Source: Candidatus Poribacteria bacterium (lineage in GTDB: Bacteria; Poribacteria; WGA-4E; WGA-3G). From it: a stretch of DNA of 64,000 nt. Of this stretch, positions 37,040 through 46,652 are shown one piece after another; the first letter of the stretch is position 1, and every line of letters begins with the position of its first letter. The notes beneath the pieces were generated by a model. The model searched no databases. It saw only the letters and a list, made by a program, of their open reading frames with translations, and was not told where the DNA came from. The translations under genes were made by a program, and so were the position numbers. The stretch is taken from NCBI GenBank assembly GCA_963663765.2, contig CAXXUA010000005.1, forward strand, positions 1,312,001 through 1,376,000, given 5' to 3'.

Positions 37040-37852
37040 ATGAAAAAGTTATGTTGTATTGTATCAATTATTGTGTTAACAATTGCAAGTTATAGTTTCG
37101 CGCAAGACATTGCAGTCTTATATGATACTGCGATGGAAAACGGTGCGGGTTTAAGCATTCCAGGAGGAGTTGCTGGTGCCAGTGGATTAGCAGACCAAAT
37201 TGTGAGCAAACTTCAAGATGAAAACCTGACTGCGGAAATCGTTGATGGTGAGGGGGTAGCAGCATATATGAATGCAAACCCAAAAGGTATCATAGTCCTT
37301 ACCCAGGGAAATGTCCCAGATACAATATTCCAAAATAAGGGAGCAGACGATCTGATTCATTCTTGGTTAACGGATGGTGGCATCGCTGCAATGATTGGGG
37401 ATTGGCCTTTCTACTATTATTGGAATTATGGTACAAATAGCAGGGTTACCATTATGGGTGGAGGTCAGCAAAGTGTGTTTGGCGTTACCGTAACAAATTC
37501 TGATACTGCCAATGCATCCCCTACCGATTTAGGTAAGCAATATATGCCATCAATCAAACAGTGGACATCAAACAGACCTGTGGATATCAGTGTTTTAGAA
37601 GATAACGATTTTAAGTTTGAAAGTTATGCTGACGATGGTTCAAATGCGGATCCGATTGCCTACAGAACAGATGATATGGATGGATGGTTCATCAACTTCC
37701 ATACATCTTCCAGCATTACCATTCCGCCAAATGACCAAATTGCGACAGAATTAGCTGAATTGATGGTTAATCGTTTTGTTACAGATGCGCAATCTGTAGA
37801 CCCGACAGGTAAGGTCAGTGTCGTTTGGGGTGAGTTAAAATCTTTGCGATAG
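37040..37852 (+). CDS. Secreted hypothetical protein with C-terminal VDPTGKVSVVWGELK motif
   Basis: Signal peptide (MKK...SFA/Q); AGGAG RBS. Confidence 0.8.
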   Translation: MKKLCCIVSIIVLTIASYSFAQDIAVLYDTAMENGAGLSIPGGVAGASGLADQIVSKLQDENLTAEIVDGEGVAAYMNANPKGIIVLTQGNVPDTIFQNKGADDLIHSWLTDGGIAAMIGDWPFYYYWNYGTNSRVTIMGGGQQSVFGVTVTNSDTANASPTDLGKQYMPSIKQWTSNRPVDISVLEDNDFKFESYADDGSNADPIAYRTDDMDGWFINFHTSSSITIPPNDQIATELAELMVNRFVTDAQSVDPTGKVSVVWGELKSLR

Positions 37853-37928
37853 GTAAGCACATAAACCGTAGTTGCAATTTAAGGATTATGACTACGGTAT
37901 AAACCATCAGAATTGTCCAGTATTTTTC

Positions 37929-37957
37929 TTGACATTGCCTGACAAAGGTATTATAAT
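37929..37957 (+). promoter_or_regulatory. Consensus sigma70 promoter of the ilv leader
   Basis: Perfect TTGACA-17 nt-TATAAT. Confidence 0.85.
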
Positions 37958-38043
37958 TAAAGGGAACGAGAGTAGATTTTAGAAACACGCACAATAGTTA
38001 ACAAAAAGGTGTGTATAAAAAAATATATTAGATTACATAAAAT

Positions 38044-38378
38044 GCGTTGAAAGGGAGGAGTAGGTCCTCTGGACTTGTAAGAGAGGGAGACTCATTGGCT
38101 GCAAGGTCTTCTCAAGTTCCTACGACTGAAGGTCGCCCCGGAGCTGCTAACCTGAACGATACATAGACTTTAGTAAGGTTAGACGGTTTGATGTCCGTTA
38201 TTGCATCCCAAAGAGTGCCTTTCCTCGTTTAACGGTGTTTTTATGCACCTATTGTTTGAAAACAAGGATTGGAATTGGAGTGGTACCACGGTAAGGTCGG
38301 TTTCGGTGATTTCAACCGAAACATGCTATAAAAAGCCGCATCCTTCTCGTCTCCAAAGATGGAACGAGAAGGTTTTTT
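38044..38378 (+). ncRNA. T-box riboswitch (transcription antitermination) upstream of ilvBNC
   Basis: GA motif (TGA...GGAGC), AGTA, AGAGA and GCTG boxes, stem II CCTGAA...AGTAAGG, CCGTTA F-box, T-box AATTGGAGTGGTACCACG at 38273-38290 pairing with CGTCTCC. Confidence 0.9.
38342..38378 (+). terminator. Intrinsic terminator of the T-box leader
   Basis: CCTTCTCGT...ACGAGAAGG followed by TTTTTT; overlaps the 3' strand of the antiterminator. Confidence 0.85.
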
Positions 38379-38438
38379 ACTTTCAACAAACTTTGGCACG
38401 AGAGAATGTGCCTACTACCGTCTATAAGGAAACTTGGC

Positions 38439-40115
38439 ATGGAACTTTCAGGAGCACAAACCCTGGTTGACTGTCTCAAGCGTGAAGGTGTCGAATATAT
38501 CTTCGGTGTGAACGGCGGCGCGGCAATGCCGATTTTTGATGCCCTATACGGTGATACAGATTTAGAATTGATTCCGATGCGTCATGAGCAAGGAGCATCT
38601 CATGCCGCTGATGGATACGCCCGCGCCACCGGAAAGGTTGGTGTCGCACTCGCAACCTCTGGACCTGGTGCAACCAATCTCGTTACTGGAATCGCAACCG
38701 CTTATATGGATTCAATTCCAATGGTAGCGATTACTGGACAGGTGATGACACAGTTCATTGGCAGCGATGCCTTCCAAGAATGTGATGTCATCGGTGTTAC
38801 ACGTCCAATCTGTAAACACAGTTATCTAATCAAACAGTCTGAAGAGGTTGCAGATGTTATCGCAGAAGCATTCCATATTGCAAGTACTGGCAAACAGGGA
38901 CCTGTTATTATTGATATTGCTAAGGATGCACAGGTACATAAATCTCTGTTTCAGTATCCAGAAACAGTTGATATTCGCAGTTACAAACCGCAGGTAAATG
39001 GTGATCCAACACAAATAGCAAAAGCAGCAGCAATGATTAAGGAAGCGAAATGTCCAATCCTATATGCAGGTGGTGGAGTCGTTCTTGCGAATGCGAGTGA
39101 AGAACTGCGGGAGTTAACCCTCAAAACACAAATACCGATTACTGTTACATTAATGGGACTCGGTGCGTTTCCTGAAACACATCCGTTAGCGATGGAGATG
39201 CCAGGTATGCACGGTTCTTGTTGTGCTAATTATGCGTTCACGGGTGCTGATCTTGTTGTCGCTATCGGTGCAAGATTTGATGATAGGGTTACCGGTGATC
39301 TTGACAAATTCGCACCTAACGCAAAGAAAATCCATATTGATATTGATGCTTCATGTATTGGAAAAAATGTTCCTGTTGATGTTCCAATTGTTGGCGATGC
39401 AAAGAACGTTCTCACAGAACTAAACAAGTTGGTTGACACCGCAGATATTGACCCGTGGCGTGATCAAATTCAGGAATGGAAACAGAAATATCCATTTGAA
39501 TGGACACAAAAAGGGAACAAAGTGATGCCGCAATATGTCATGGAGCAGATTTATGAACACTATAGTGATGCAATTGTTGTTGCGGATGTTGGTCAGCATC
39601 AGATGTGGGCGGCACAATACTTCAAGTTCACCGAACCGCGTCAATGGCTTAATTCGGGTGGTCTTGGGACAATGGGGTTCAGTCTTCCAGCTGCAATTGG
39701 TGCACAACTCGGATGTCCTGATAAAACTGTTGTCAATATCAACGGTGATGGTTCTTATATCATGACTATTCAAGAGTTAGTGCCAGCGATCACAATGAAA
39801 TTACCACTTAAGATCTTCATTATCAACAATATGTATTTAGGCATGGTGCGGCAATGGCAGGAGTTGTTCTTTGACAAGCGATATTCCGCTGTGGATTACC
39901 ACGACAATCCTGATTTCGCGTTGCTTGCACAAGCATTTGGTGCGACCGGATTGCGTGTTGAGCATCCTGAAGATGTTGAACCTGCATTATTGAAAGCAAA
40001 AGGCATAGACGATGGTCCGGTTGTAATTGATTTTATTGTTGCAGAAGAGGAAAACGTGTTCCCAATGGTCCCCGCTGGTAAAGGTCTTGGTGATGTCATC
40101 CGCGGGTTGTCATAA
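38439..40115 (+). CDS. ilvB: Acetolactate synthase, large subunit
   Basis: RHEQGA, TSGPGATN, GARFDDRVTG, DVGQHQMW, GDGS...NN TPP motif. Confidence 0.95.
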   Translation: MELSGAQTLVDCLKREGVEYIFGVNGGAAMPIFDALYGDTDLELIPMRHEQGASHAADGYARATGKVGVALATSGPGATNLVTGIATAYMDSIPMVAITGQVMTQFIGSDAFQECDVIGVTRPICKHSYLIKQSEEVADVIAEAFHIASTGKQGPVIIDIAKDAQVHKSLFQYPETVDIRSYKPQVNGDPTQIAKAAAMIKEAKCPILYAGGGVVLANASEELRELTLKTQIPITVTLMGLGAFPETHPLAMEMPGMHGSCCANYAFTGADLVVAIGARFDDRVTGDLDKFAPNAKKIHIDIDASCIGKNVPVDVPIVGDAKNVLTELNKLVDTADIDPWRDQIQEWKQKYPFEWTQKGNKVMPQYVMEQIYEHYSDAIVVADVGQHQMWAAQYFKFTEPRQWLNSGGLGTMGFSLPAAIGAQLGCPDKTVVNINGDGSYIMTIQELVPAITMKLPLKIFIINNMYLGMVRQWQELFFDKRYSAVDYHDNPDFALLAQAFGATGLRVEHPEDVEPALLKAKGIDDGPVVIDFIVAEEENVFPMVPAGKGLGDVIRGLS

Positions 40116-40133
40116 ACTTTACACCAAAACAAT

Positions 40134-40634
40134 ATGAATAAAAAAGAAGAAAGACACATTTTTTCGGTTATGGTCGAAAACCGATTTGGCGTTCTCGCAC
40201 GCGTAGCGGGACTTTTTAGCGGACGCGGTTTTAATATTGACAGTCTCAACGTCGCTGAAACTCATGACAAGAGTGTCTCGCAAATTACGCTTGTTACACA
40301 TGGAGATGCTCAAATAATTGATCAAATTTATCAGCATCTTAACAGACTCATTGACGTCATTGAGGTCACAGACCTTACTGCGGGAACACATGTTGAACGA
40401 GAGTTACTCCTATTGAAGATTCGCACTGAAGATCCACGGAAACGCGCTGAGATTCTACAAGTTGGAGATGTCTACCGCGCACGGGTGATTGACACGAAAC
40501 CTGCTTCTCTTGTGCTTGAAATCACCGGTGATGAAGGAAAATTGGAGGCAGCAATTGCAATTTTCAAACCTTATGGGATCCTTGAGTTAGCACGCACCGG
40601 TAAAATAGCGATGGGACGCGGTAATACAAAGTAG
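40134..40634 (+). CDS. ilvN: Acetolactate synthase, small (regulatory) subunit
   Basis: ENRFGVLARVAGLFSGRGFNIDSL ACT domain, ELARTG. Confidence 0.95.
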   Translation: MNKKEERHIFSVMVENRFGVLARVAGLFSGRGFNIDSLNVAETHDKSVSQITLVTHGDAQIIDQIYQHLNRLIDVIEVTDLTAGTHVERELLLLKIRTEDPRKRAEILQVGDVYRARVIDTKPASLVLEITGDEGKLEAAIAIFKPYGILELARTGKIAMGRGNTK

Positions 40635-40681
40635 CACGCATTTGCAGCACATGATGAGATTTATTAGAAAGGACAGATTAT

Positions 40682-41674
40682 ATGGCAACAATTTATTACG
40701 ATAGCGATGCCAATTTTGATTTACTAAAAGAACGTACCGTCGCCATCATTGGTTATGGCGCGCAAGGCAGAGCACAAGCACTCAATTTACAAGATAGCGG
40801 CGCAAATGTGGTCGTTGGATTATATGAAGGCAGCAGCTCAATTGCACGCGCAGAAGCAGAAGGTATTAGCGTCAAGACGGTTGAAGAAGCATCAGCGATG
40901 GCAGATGTTGTGCAGATTCTTATCCCAGACGAAAAGCATTCGGCTGTATACCTTGAACAGATCGCACCGAACATGCAAGAAGGCAACATGCTGATGGTGT
41001 CGCACGGGTTCAGTGTTCATTTCGGTCAGATTGTCCCTGCTGACGATATTGATGTCACTATGATAGCACCGAAGGGACCTGGTTCTCTCGTCCGCGAAGT
41101 ATTTGAAGGCGGTGGTGGCGTGCCGTGCCTTATCGCAATCCATCAAGATACGACTGGTGCTGCACGAGATATTGCACTTGCTTATGCAAGAGGTATCGGC
41201 GGTACACGTGCGGGGGTTATGGAAACCACATTCCGAGAAGAAACAGAAACCGACCTTTTCGGTGAACAAGCTGTCCTGTGTGGTGGCACTGCTGCGCTAA
41301 TTAAAGCAGCCTTTGATACACTCGTTGAAGCGGGATATCAACCTGAAATGGCTTATTTTGAATGCCTACACGAATTGAAACTCATCGTTGACCTACTCTA
41401 TACTGGTGGATTGAGTAAAATGCGGAACGATATTAGTAACACTGCAGAATATGGCGACTTGACACGTGGTCCGCAACTCATTGACGATAGTGTTCGTGAT
41501 AGAATGCGACAGATTTTAAAAGATGTCCAAGGTGGTATCTTTGCCCGAGAATGGGTACTGGAAAATCAAGCGAATCAACCTGTGCTGCGCGCACTACGCA
41601 GACAGGAAGCTGCATTGGAAATTGAAGAGGTTGGCAAGAATCTGCGTAGTATGATGAGTTGGCTTGATGATTAG
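40682..41674 (+). CDS. ilvC: Ketol-acid reductoisomerase
   Basis: [44 protein letters not shown]. Confidence 0.97.
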   Translation: MATIYYDSDANFDLLKERTVAIIGYGAQGRAQALNLQDSGANVVVGLYEGSSSIARAEAEGISVKTVEEASAMADVVQILIPDEKHSAVYLEQIAPNMQEGNMLMVSHGFSVHFGQIVPADDIDVTMIAPKGPGSLVREVFEGGGGVPCLIAIHQDTTGAARDIALAYARGIGGTRAGVMETTFREETETDLFGEQAVLCGGTAALIKAAFDTLVEAGYQPEMAYFECLHELKLIVDLLYTGGLSKMRNDISNTAEYGDLTRGPQLIDDSVRDRMRQILKDVQGGIFAREWVLENQANQPVLRALRRQEAALEIEEVGKNLRSMMSWLDD

Positions 41675-41695
41675 GTGGTTTTTCAGTTTCCTTAG

Positions 41696-41971
41696 TTAAC
41701 GTGAGTTTAGTAAATAAGAATTTTGGAATCGGCAGAATACGCGTATGGTATTCTGCACTGGTTAGGAAACCGAACCATAAACGTCAATTTAAGGATTTTG
41801 ACCTCTTGTGGGAGGGGTTTTCAACCCGATTTTATGTTCATTTGCTCTCAAATCGGGGTTGAAAACCCCTCTCACAAGAGAAATGCCAGCACTTTTTCTT
41901 AAATTGACGCATAAGGTTCGGTTTCCTAACAGCACCTACCGCAAGATTTCCCATTTATCAAACTCACGTTA
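41696..41971. mobile_element. Four-layer nested palindromic element (shell M > family D > shell J > family A)
   Basis: TAACGTGAGTTT/AAACTCACGTTA outermost, then GTTAGGAAACCGAACC/GGTTCGGTTTCCTAAC, then CGTCAATTTAAG/CTTAAATTGACG, then the A doublet. Confidence 0.8.
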
Positions 41972-42257
41972 TATTAAATCGTAGTCCTGAATTATGGTGT
42001 GCAGCGTATTGGGTTACAAAGGCATTGGTCAATCACTTGGTGTCCACATACGAATTGCTGGATGAATGGGTAGGTTGTGTCTTGCGCCCATTCACTTGAA
42101 TACCAAACAAGACGGCAACACTTGCAAAGAAAATAGTGATGTTTCTTTAGTTGATGGCAGTTGATTTTCTCTGTAAATAAATTTCGTTATGTAATGACTT
42201 GTGCTAGTTAACAGCATCTTTTGTTGGTTTTCACATATGTTCGCATTAGTGCTATAA

Positions 42258-42580
42258 ACATATCGTCCTTAATGAAGATTAATTTATTAATTCGGTAATA
42301 AATATTCCTACACGGTAGGCGGGGAATGCCTAAATGGCATTCATACCGTTGATTTCTTGATTTGGTGCTTTGTAAGCGCGCCACCCGATTGTAGTCGTGC
42401 TTTGTAAGCGCGCCACCCGATTGTAGTCGTGCTTTGTAAGCGCGCCACCCGATTGTAGTCGTGCTTTGTAAGCGCGCTATTGGAACTTGATGTGCCAGCG
42501 CGCTTGCAAAGCACGACTACCAGGGTGGGTTAGATAAAATTACCTAATTTATTTATTAATCTTCATACGGGACTAAAGAG
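42258..42580. mobile_element. Shell K inserted into a family C palindrome; carries F and a 3.5 x 32 bp tandem of family B
   Basis: CATATCGTCCT[TAATGAAGATT...AATCTTCAT]ACGGGACTAAAGAG; 32-bp units at 42365, 42397, 42429 and 42461. Confidence 0.8.
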
Positions 42581-42685
42581 TATGTCAATATAAGTGAAAT
42601 CACAATAATACGTTCAGCTTATGTGAAGAAATATATAGCAATTAGTTATTTAGCACAACACGTTAAAATATGGATATTTCAAATG

Positions 42686-42921
42686 TTATATCCGACACTC
42701 CGCACTTCTGATTTGCGTTTTTCGATAATAATTTGATAAACCCGCGTGGAGACTATATTTAGCAAACAATTTCAATTTAAAATGATAAAATAACAAGTTC
42801 GGTTTTGTCTCAAAATATAGAACTCAAAATCACCATTATTTTGTGCGAATCCTTGTGTGATACGGGTTTATCCCAATATTATAAAAATGTATTAAAACAA
42901 GTGCGGAGTGTAGGTTATATA
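42686..42921. mobile_element. MITE-like element with TIR ACACTCCGCACTT/AAGTGCGGAGTGT
   Basis: Imperfect inverted repeats of about 20 bp ending in TATA; internal GATAAACCCG/CGGGTTTATC pair; no ORF. Confidence 0.6.
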
Positions 42922-42934
42922 AATCCTAGCTATA

Positions 42935-43570
42935 CTATTTTCCGAAACGATTACCGATTCTAAAAGTCAGTGAATACTCATTCGCGTTTTCTTCATCAAA
43001 AAAAATACGATGATAATGACCTTCAGCACGAAGCACAATAGCAGAGCCAACTCGCCATTGATACCCTACGCCAAATCCGATATTTGATAGAGTCTCATCA
43101 CTGTCAAATATGAAGGTTTCATCACCACTAAGAATTGTTTGAGAAACATGGCCAAAAAGATAGGGGGAAGATGTTGAGTGTCCCAATATATAAAATGAAA
43201 CACGACCCCCCATATAAATTGAAGTGATGTTTGATGTATTTTCTTCACCCCAAATTTCTTCAGATATAGACACTCTTCCATAACTGAATTCAGGTCCAAT
43301 TGCAAACATATCAGTTGGAAACCATGTAGCATACAGCAAAGTCGGAGTAGTTCCGAAACTCATAATTGCTGATGGAAACTGTGAATAGGTTATACTTGCA
43401 GTGGAATCACCATCGTCTGGTGTGAAACGAGAAATTCCAAATTGCGTTCCAAACTCAAAATCATTAGCAAATGTTAGCGTTATCGGTGAAATTAAAGAAA
43501 CAGTTAAAACTATTAACGTTATATATAATCTTGCTGATATTTTCTTCTGTTTAATGAATATAGTGTTCAT
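42935..43570 (-). CDS. Outer-membrane beta-barrel protein
   Basis: Signal peptide, alternating beta-strands (GFGVGYQW, LRAEGHY), C-terminal IGNRF. Confidence 0.75.
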   Translation of the reverse strand: MNTIFIKQKKISARLYITLIVLTVSLISPITLTFANDFEFGTQFGISRFTPDDGDSTASITYSQFPSAIMSFGTTPTLLYATWFPTDMFAIGPEFSYGRVSISEEIWGEENTSNITSIYMGGRVSFYILGHSTSSPYLFGHVSQTILSGDETFIFDSDETLSNIGFGVGYQWRVGSAIVLRAEGHYHRIFFDEENANEYSLTFRIGNRFGK

Positions 43571-43885
43571 ATTAACCTTCTTGTTTGTATTAGTATTATT
43601 TTAGTTCAAGTTGCTACCTATGTAGCACAATCTGTAACATTACGCATATATCAACTGACAGACTGCAAATTTTTGTTTTTGATGGATAACAATGCATCCT
43701 AATCATAACCATATAATATTATTACATAGTCTTAATATTAATCTGTCTTTATATGATTATATTATTTATCTTATGAAAAAATCAAGTTAAATTTGAGAAA
43801 AAATCGTGAAATATGCTGAAATTGTTTGGACATGGAGGATAAAATTGGACAAATTTGTGTATTTGATTCTGATTACGCTACTGGT

Positions 43886-44329
43886 TTAGTTCAGCAATTC
43901 CTGCAGTTTTTGTGAACGGTATTCAAATATCTTTTCTATATCCGGTCTAACCAAAAGTTTGTTTATTAGTTGTCCACCCAGTACGGCGTATTCCACCTCG
44001 TCCCGTACAAGTGTTCCTTCGTCCGTTTCAACAAATGTGTGTTTATGAATCCAACAACGATAGGGTCCTCTGCGTTGTTCATCAGCGAAGAAATGGGGTG
44101 GATCCCATTCGGTTATTTCACTTTGCCATCTGACAGGGATACCACGAAGTTTTAAACGGTAATCTATTAACGTACCAACCTCCATCTCAATTGGAGGCGG
44201 TGTCAGCACCACAAAATGGAGCCATGGAGGTGTGATTTCTGCCAGGTTGTGTGCGTCAGAGAAGTATGAAAATACGTCATCCCGTGGTTTTTTAATGAGT
44301 TGTTCTGTTGAGATTGAAAAGGTTTTCAC
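43886..44329 (-). CDS. SRPBCC-family protein
   Basis: VFSYFSDAHNLAEITPPW, W.SEITEWDPP..F.DEQRRGPY..W.H.H.F, IFEYR. Confidence 0.85.
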   Translation of the reverse strand: MKTFSISTEQLIKKPRDDVFSYFSDAHNLAEITPPWLHFVVLTPPPIEMEVGTLIDYRLKLRGIPVRWQSEITEWDPPHFFADEQRRGPYRCWIHKHTFVETDEGTLVRDEVEYAVLGGQLINKLLVRPDIEKIFEYRSQKLQELLN

Positions 44330-44341
44330 TGTTTTCCTCCA

Positions 44342-45400
44342 TCATTCTATCAGTATGTTTTCATTGATATATCGTGCAATCCACTCAATTTCTTCCTCTT
44401 CAAGATAGAGCCCCGTATCAATCATACGGTTTATAACCGCAGTTGTTTCCTCTTTAGATGTAGGCGGGTAATCGATGACATCTGTATAGGGATGGCATTG
44501 TGAACACTTGTCCTCAAAGAGATCTTTTGCGTCTGCTTCGTCGTAACTGTCGGCAACAACAGTTGTAGTCTCCTCTGTCATTATGGTCGCTGCAAGTTCG
44601 GCTGCTGCTTTTGCTTCGTTGGTACGCATCTGTTCTTGTCGTTGTTCCTTGACAGCATTTTTTATGTCGGGTGTAATTGCGATTAGATAGGTAGAGACAC
44701 TCCACTCCTCTTCCGTAGTAATCGGTTCCCCGATGATAGGTTTAATCGCCATCCGATTTACGAGTCTGACCCAGTCAGGTGGTGTACGGGGTTTTACAAG
44801 TATTGTCCGCAAATCGTGACAGATCACACATTTACGTTGTAAAACGTGTTGTCCTTCTCGGAGTTTACGTTTGGTAGCAAGTAGGTCAAGCGGTGCATCC
44901 GTTGGCAATCCAGCTGTTTCAATCAATTGTCGTGTCCGTGCCATACCTTCTTCGCTGAATGCCCTTGTTTGTGTCCGCAGCACTGTTTCACGCAATGTGA
45001 AGGGGACAGACAAACCTATCAAGAGATAGGTGCATATCAGTAAAGAAACCCCGATATAGGGCATGGATTCCTCAAAATGTCGGAAAAATCGGAGGATAGC
45101 AACTTTCACAAGTATTAGAACACCGATAGTAATTGCAAGCATTAAATGCGCGACGGTGCGGGGTGGTAATTCAACTTGATAGTTCCATAACCGTGGGACC
45201 ATGTGCCACATCATAAAGACATAGAGTATCGCATACGCATAGCCGAGTCCGCGATGCAACAACATCAATGCGCGTGGTGCTTCGCTTGTGCGTGTTTCTT
45301 TATCAAAAGGATAACCCCACAGTTTGAACATCAAGAAAACAGAGGCATTTGCTAAGCCTAAAAAGACTAATCCGAAAATTGCACTTGTTGAAGATGACAT
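44342..45400 (-). CDS. Membrane-anchored diheme cytochrome c (4 TM plus two CxxCH)
   Basis: CVICH and CSQCH, each followed by an RM segment; N-terminal TM helices containing His. Confidence 0.8.
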   Translation of the reverse strand: MSSSTSAIFGLVFLGLANASVFLMFKLWGYPFDKETRTSEAPRALMLLHRGLGYAYAILYVFMMWHMVPRLWNYQVELPPRTVAHLMLAITIGVLILVKVAILRFFRHFEESMPYIGVSLLICTYLLIGLSVPFTLRETVLRTQTRAFSEEGMARTRQLIETAGLPTDAPLDLLATKRKLREGQHVLQRKCVICHDLRTILVKPRTPPDWVRLVNRMAIKPIIGEPITTEEEWSVSTYLIAITPDIKNAVKEQRQEQMRTNEAKAAAELAATIMTEETTTVVADSYDEADAKDLFEDKCSQCHPYTDVIDYPPTSKEETTAVINRMIDTGLYLEEEEIEWIARYINENILIE

Positions 45401-45457
45401 GAAAGATACTCCTTATGTGGAAAGTAATACCCAATTACGAGACCTGTCTTGCTAAAT

Positions 45458-45771
45458 GTGCAGTTAGGAAATCGCACCATAGACGTCAATTTAAGAAAAA
45501 GTGTTGGTGTTTCTCTTGTGGGAGGGGTTTTCAACCCCGATTTGAGAGGAAAAGCGCATATAATCGGGGTTGAAAACCCCTCCCACAAGAGCAGGACTTA
45601 CGCACCTAACGGTAGGCGCGCTTTGAAAGCGCGCTGGAAACCAAAAAAATGCTGAAAATTACACCATTTTCGTCATAATTCTTCATCAAATCATGAAAAC
45701 TGCGTAAGTCCTGAAGATGTCAAAATCCTTAAATTGACGCTTAGTGTGCGGTTAGGAAACCTTACCTACCG
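45458..45771. mobile_element. Nested element D > J > (A + G > B)
   Basis: D-like ends at 45458 and 45747; J TIRs at about 45484 and 45740; A doublet 45514-45590; G shell 45592-45713. Confidence 0.8.
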
Positions 45772-45816
45772 TTGAAAAAAGATAAATCCCGTTAATTTGA
45801 TATAAGAAAATTCTAT

Positions 45817-46617
45817 TTACGTATCCAAAGTTGGACGGTTCAAACGTGAATGATATGGTGGTTCCATCACAGCGCGTTGTCGTTCATTTGCCCATTCGGG
45901 GATGGGATAAGCGGGGACATAAGCCATATTGCCTGCAGTGTATCGAGTTAGAATTGAACGTCGCGGATGGTCTGCTGTCCACGGGAGTGTTCCGTGTGTA
46001 ACCGCTTCTGTAAAAATGATGACATCGCCAGCATCACACACCAGTTGTCGGATATGTTCCTGATGTTTCTGATACAGACGCATCTCTTGCGGACAAGAGT
46101 AGTTGCTCTTATGACTGCCCGGAATGACAATCAATCCGCCAGCACCGGGTGGAACATCGGTTAGCTGAAATGTGACAACAGTCAAACCGTTGTGCATCCT
46201 GCCATCGCGAAAGATATAATACTGATTCGGATCGAAGCCTGGACCGGATGATCCGTGAAAGGTAAATCCCTCCGCACCTTTATCCATAGAAAGCAGGAAC
46301 ATTTGGTGATCCATGCGAAAACCTTTACCCAATATGACGTTGAGATACGGTACGAGTGTAGGATGTGCAAGCATGTGACGGAAAGGATTGCACCATGGTT
46401 CCTCCCAGCTAAGCATACCTCCGAGTTCGCCTCTACCTTGTTCTCCTTTGAGTTCTTCCGAACCGCCATCAAGTGTCTGTTCACGGGGACGCACACGCAT
46501 TTGGTCGCTGTGCTTGTCAATTGCCTCATTGGCAAATGCAACCTCTTCAGGTGTCAACACATTTTTTATTCTAAGGTAACCGTTCAGGTCAAACAGATAT
46601 TTTTCATCAGCATTCAT
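45817..46617 (-). CDS. PhyH-family dioxygenase-like protein
   Basis: YLFDLNGYL, GGLIVIPGSHK, AGDVIIFTEAVTHGT, RRS. Confidence 0.8.
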   Translation of the reverse strand: MNADEKYLFDLNGYLRIKNVLTPEEVAFANEAIDKHSDQMRVRPREQTLDGGSEELKGEQGRGELGGMLSWEEPWCNPFRHMLAHPTLVPYLNVILGKGFRMDHQMFLLSMDKGAEGFTFHGSSGPGFDPNQYYIFRDGRMHNGLTVVTFQLTDVPPGAGGLIVIPGSHKSNYSCPQEMRLYQKHQEHIRQLVCDAGDVIIFTEAVTHGTLPWTADHPRRSILTRYTAGNMAYVPAYPIPEWANERQRAVMEPPYHSRLNRPTLDT

Positions 46618-46652
46618 TTATCATCTCCTTACAAGATTTTTAGGATGTCGAC

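Noticed and set aside
38201-38470. 89-aa leader ORF before ilvB
   Set aside because: It overlaps the T-box and terminator, has no BCAA codon run and no RBS; the RNA element explains the region.
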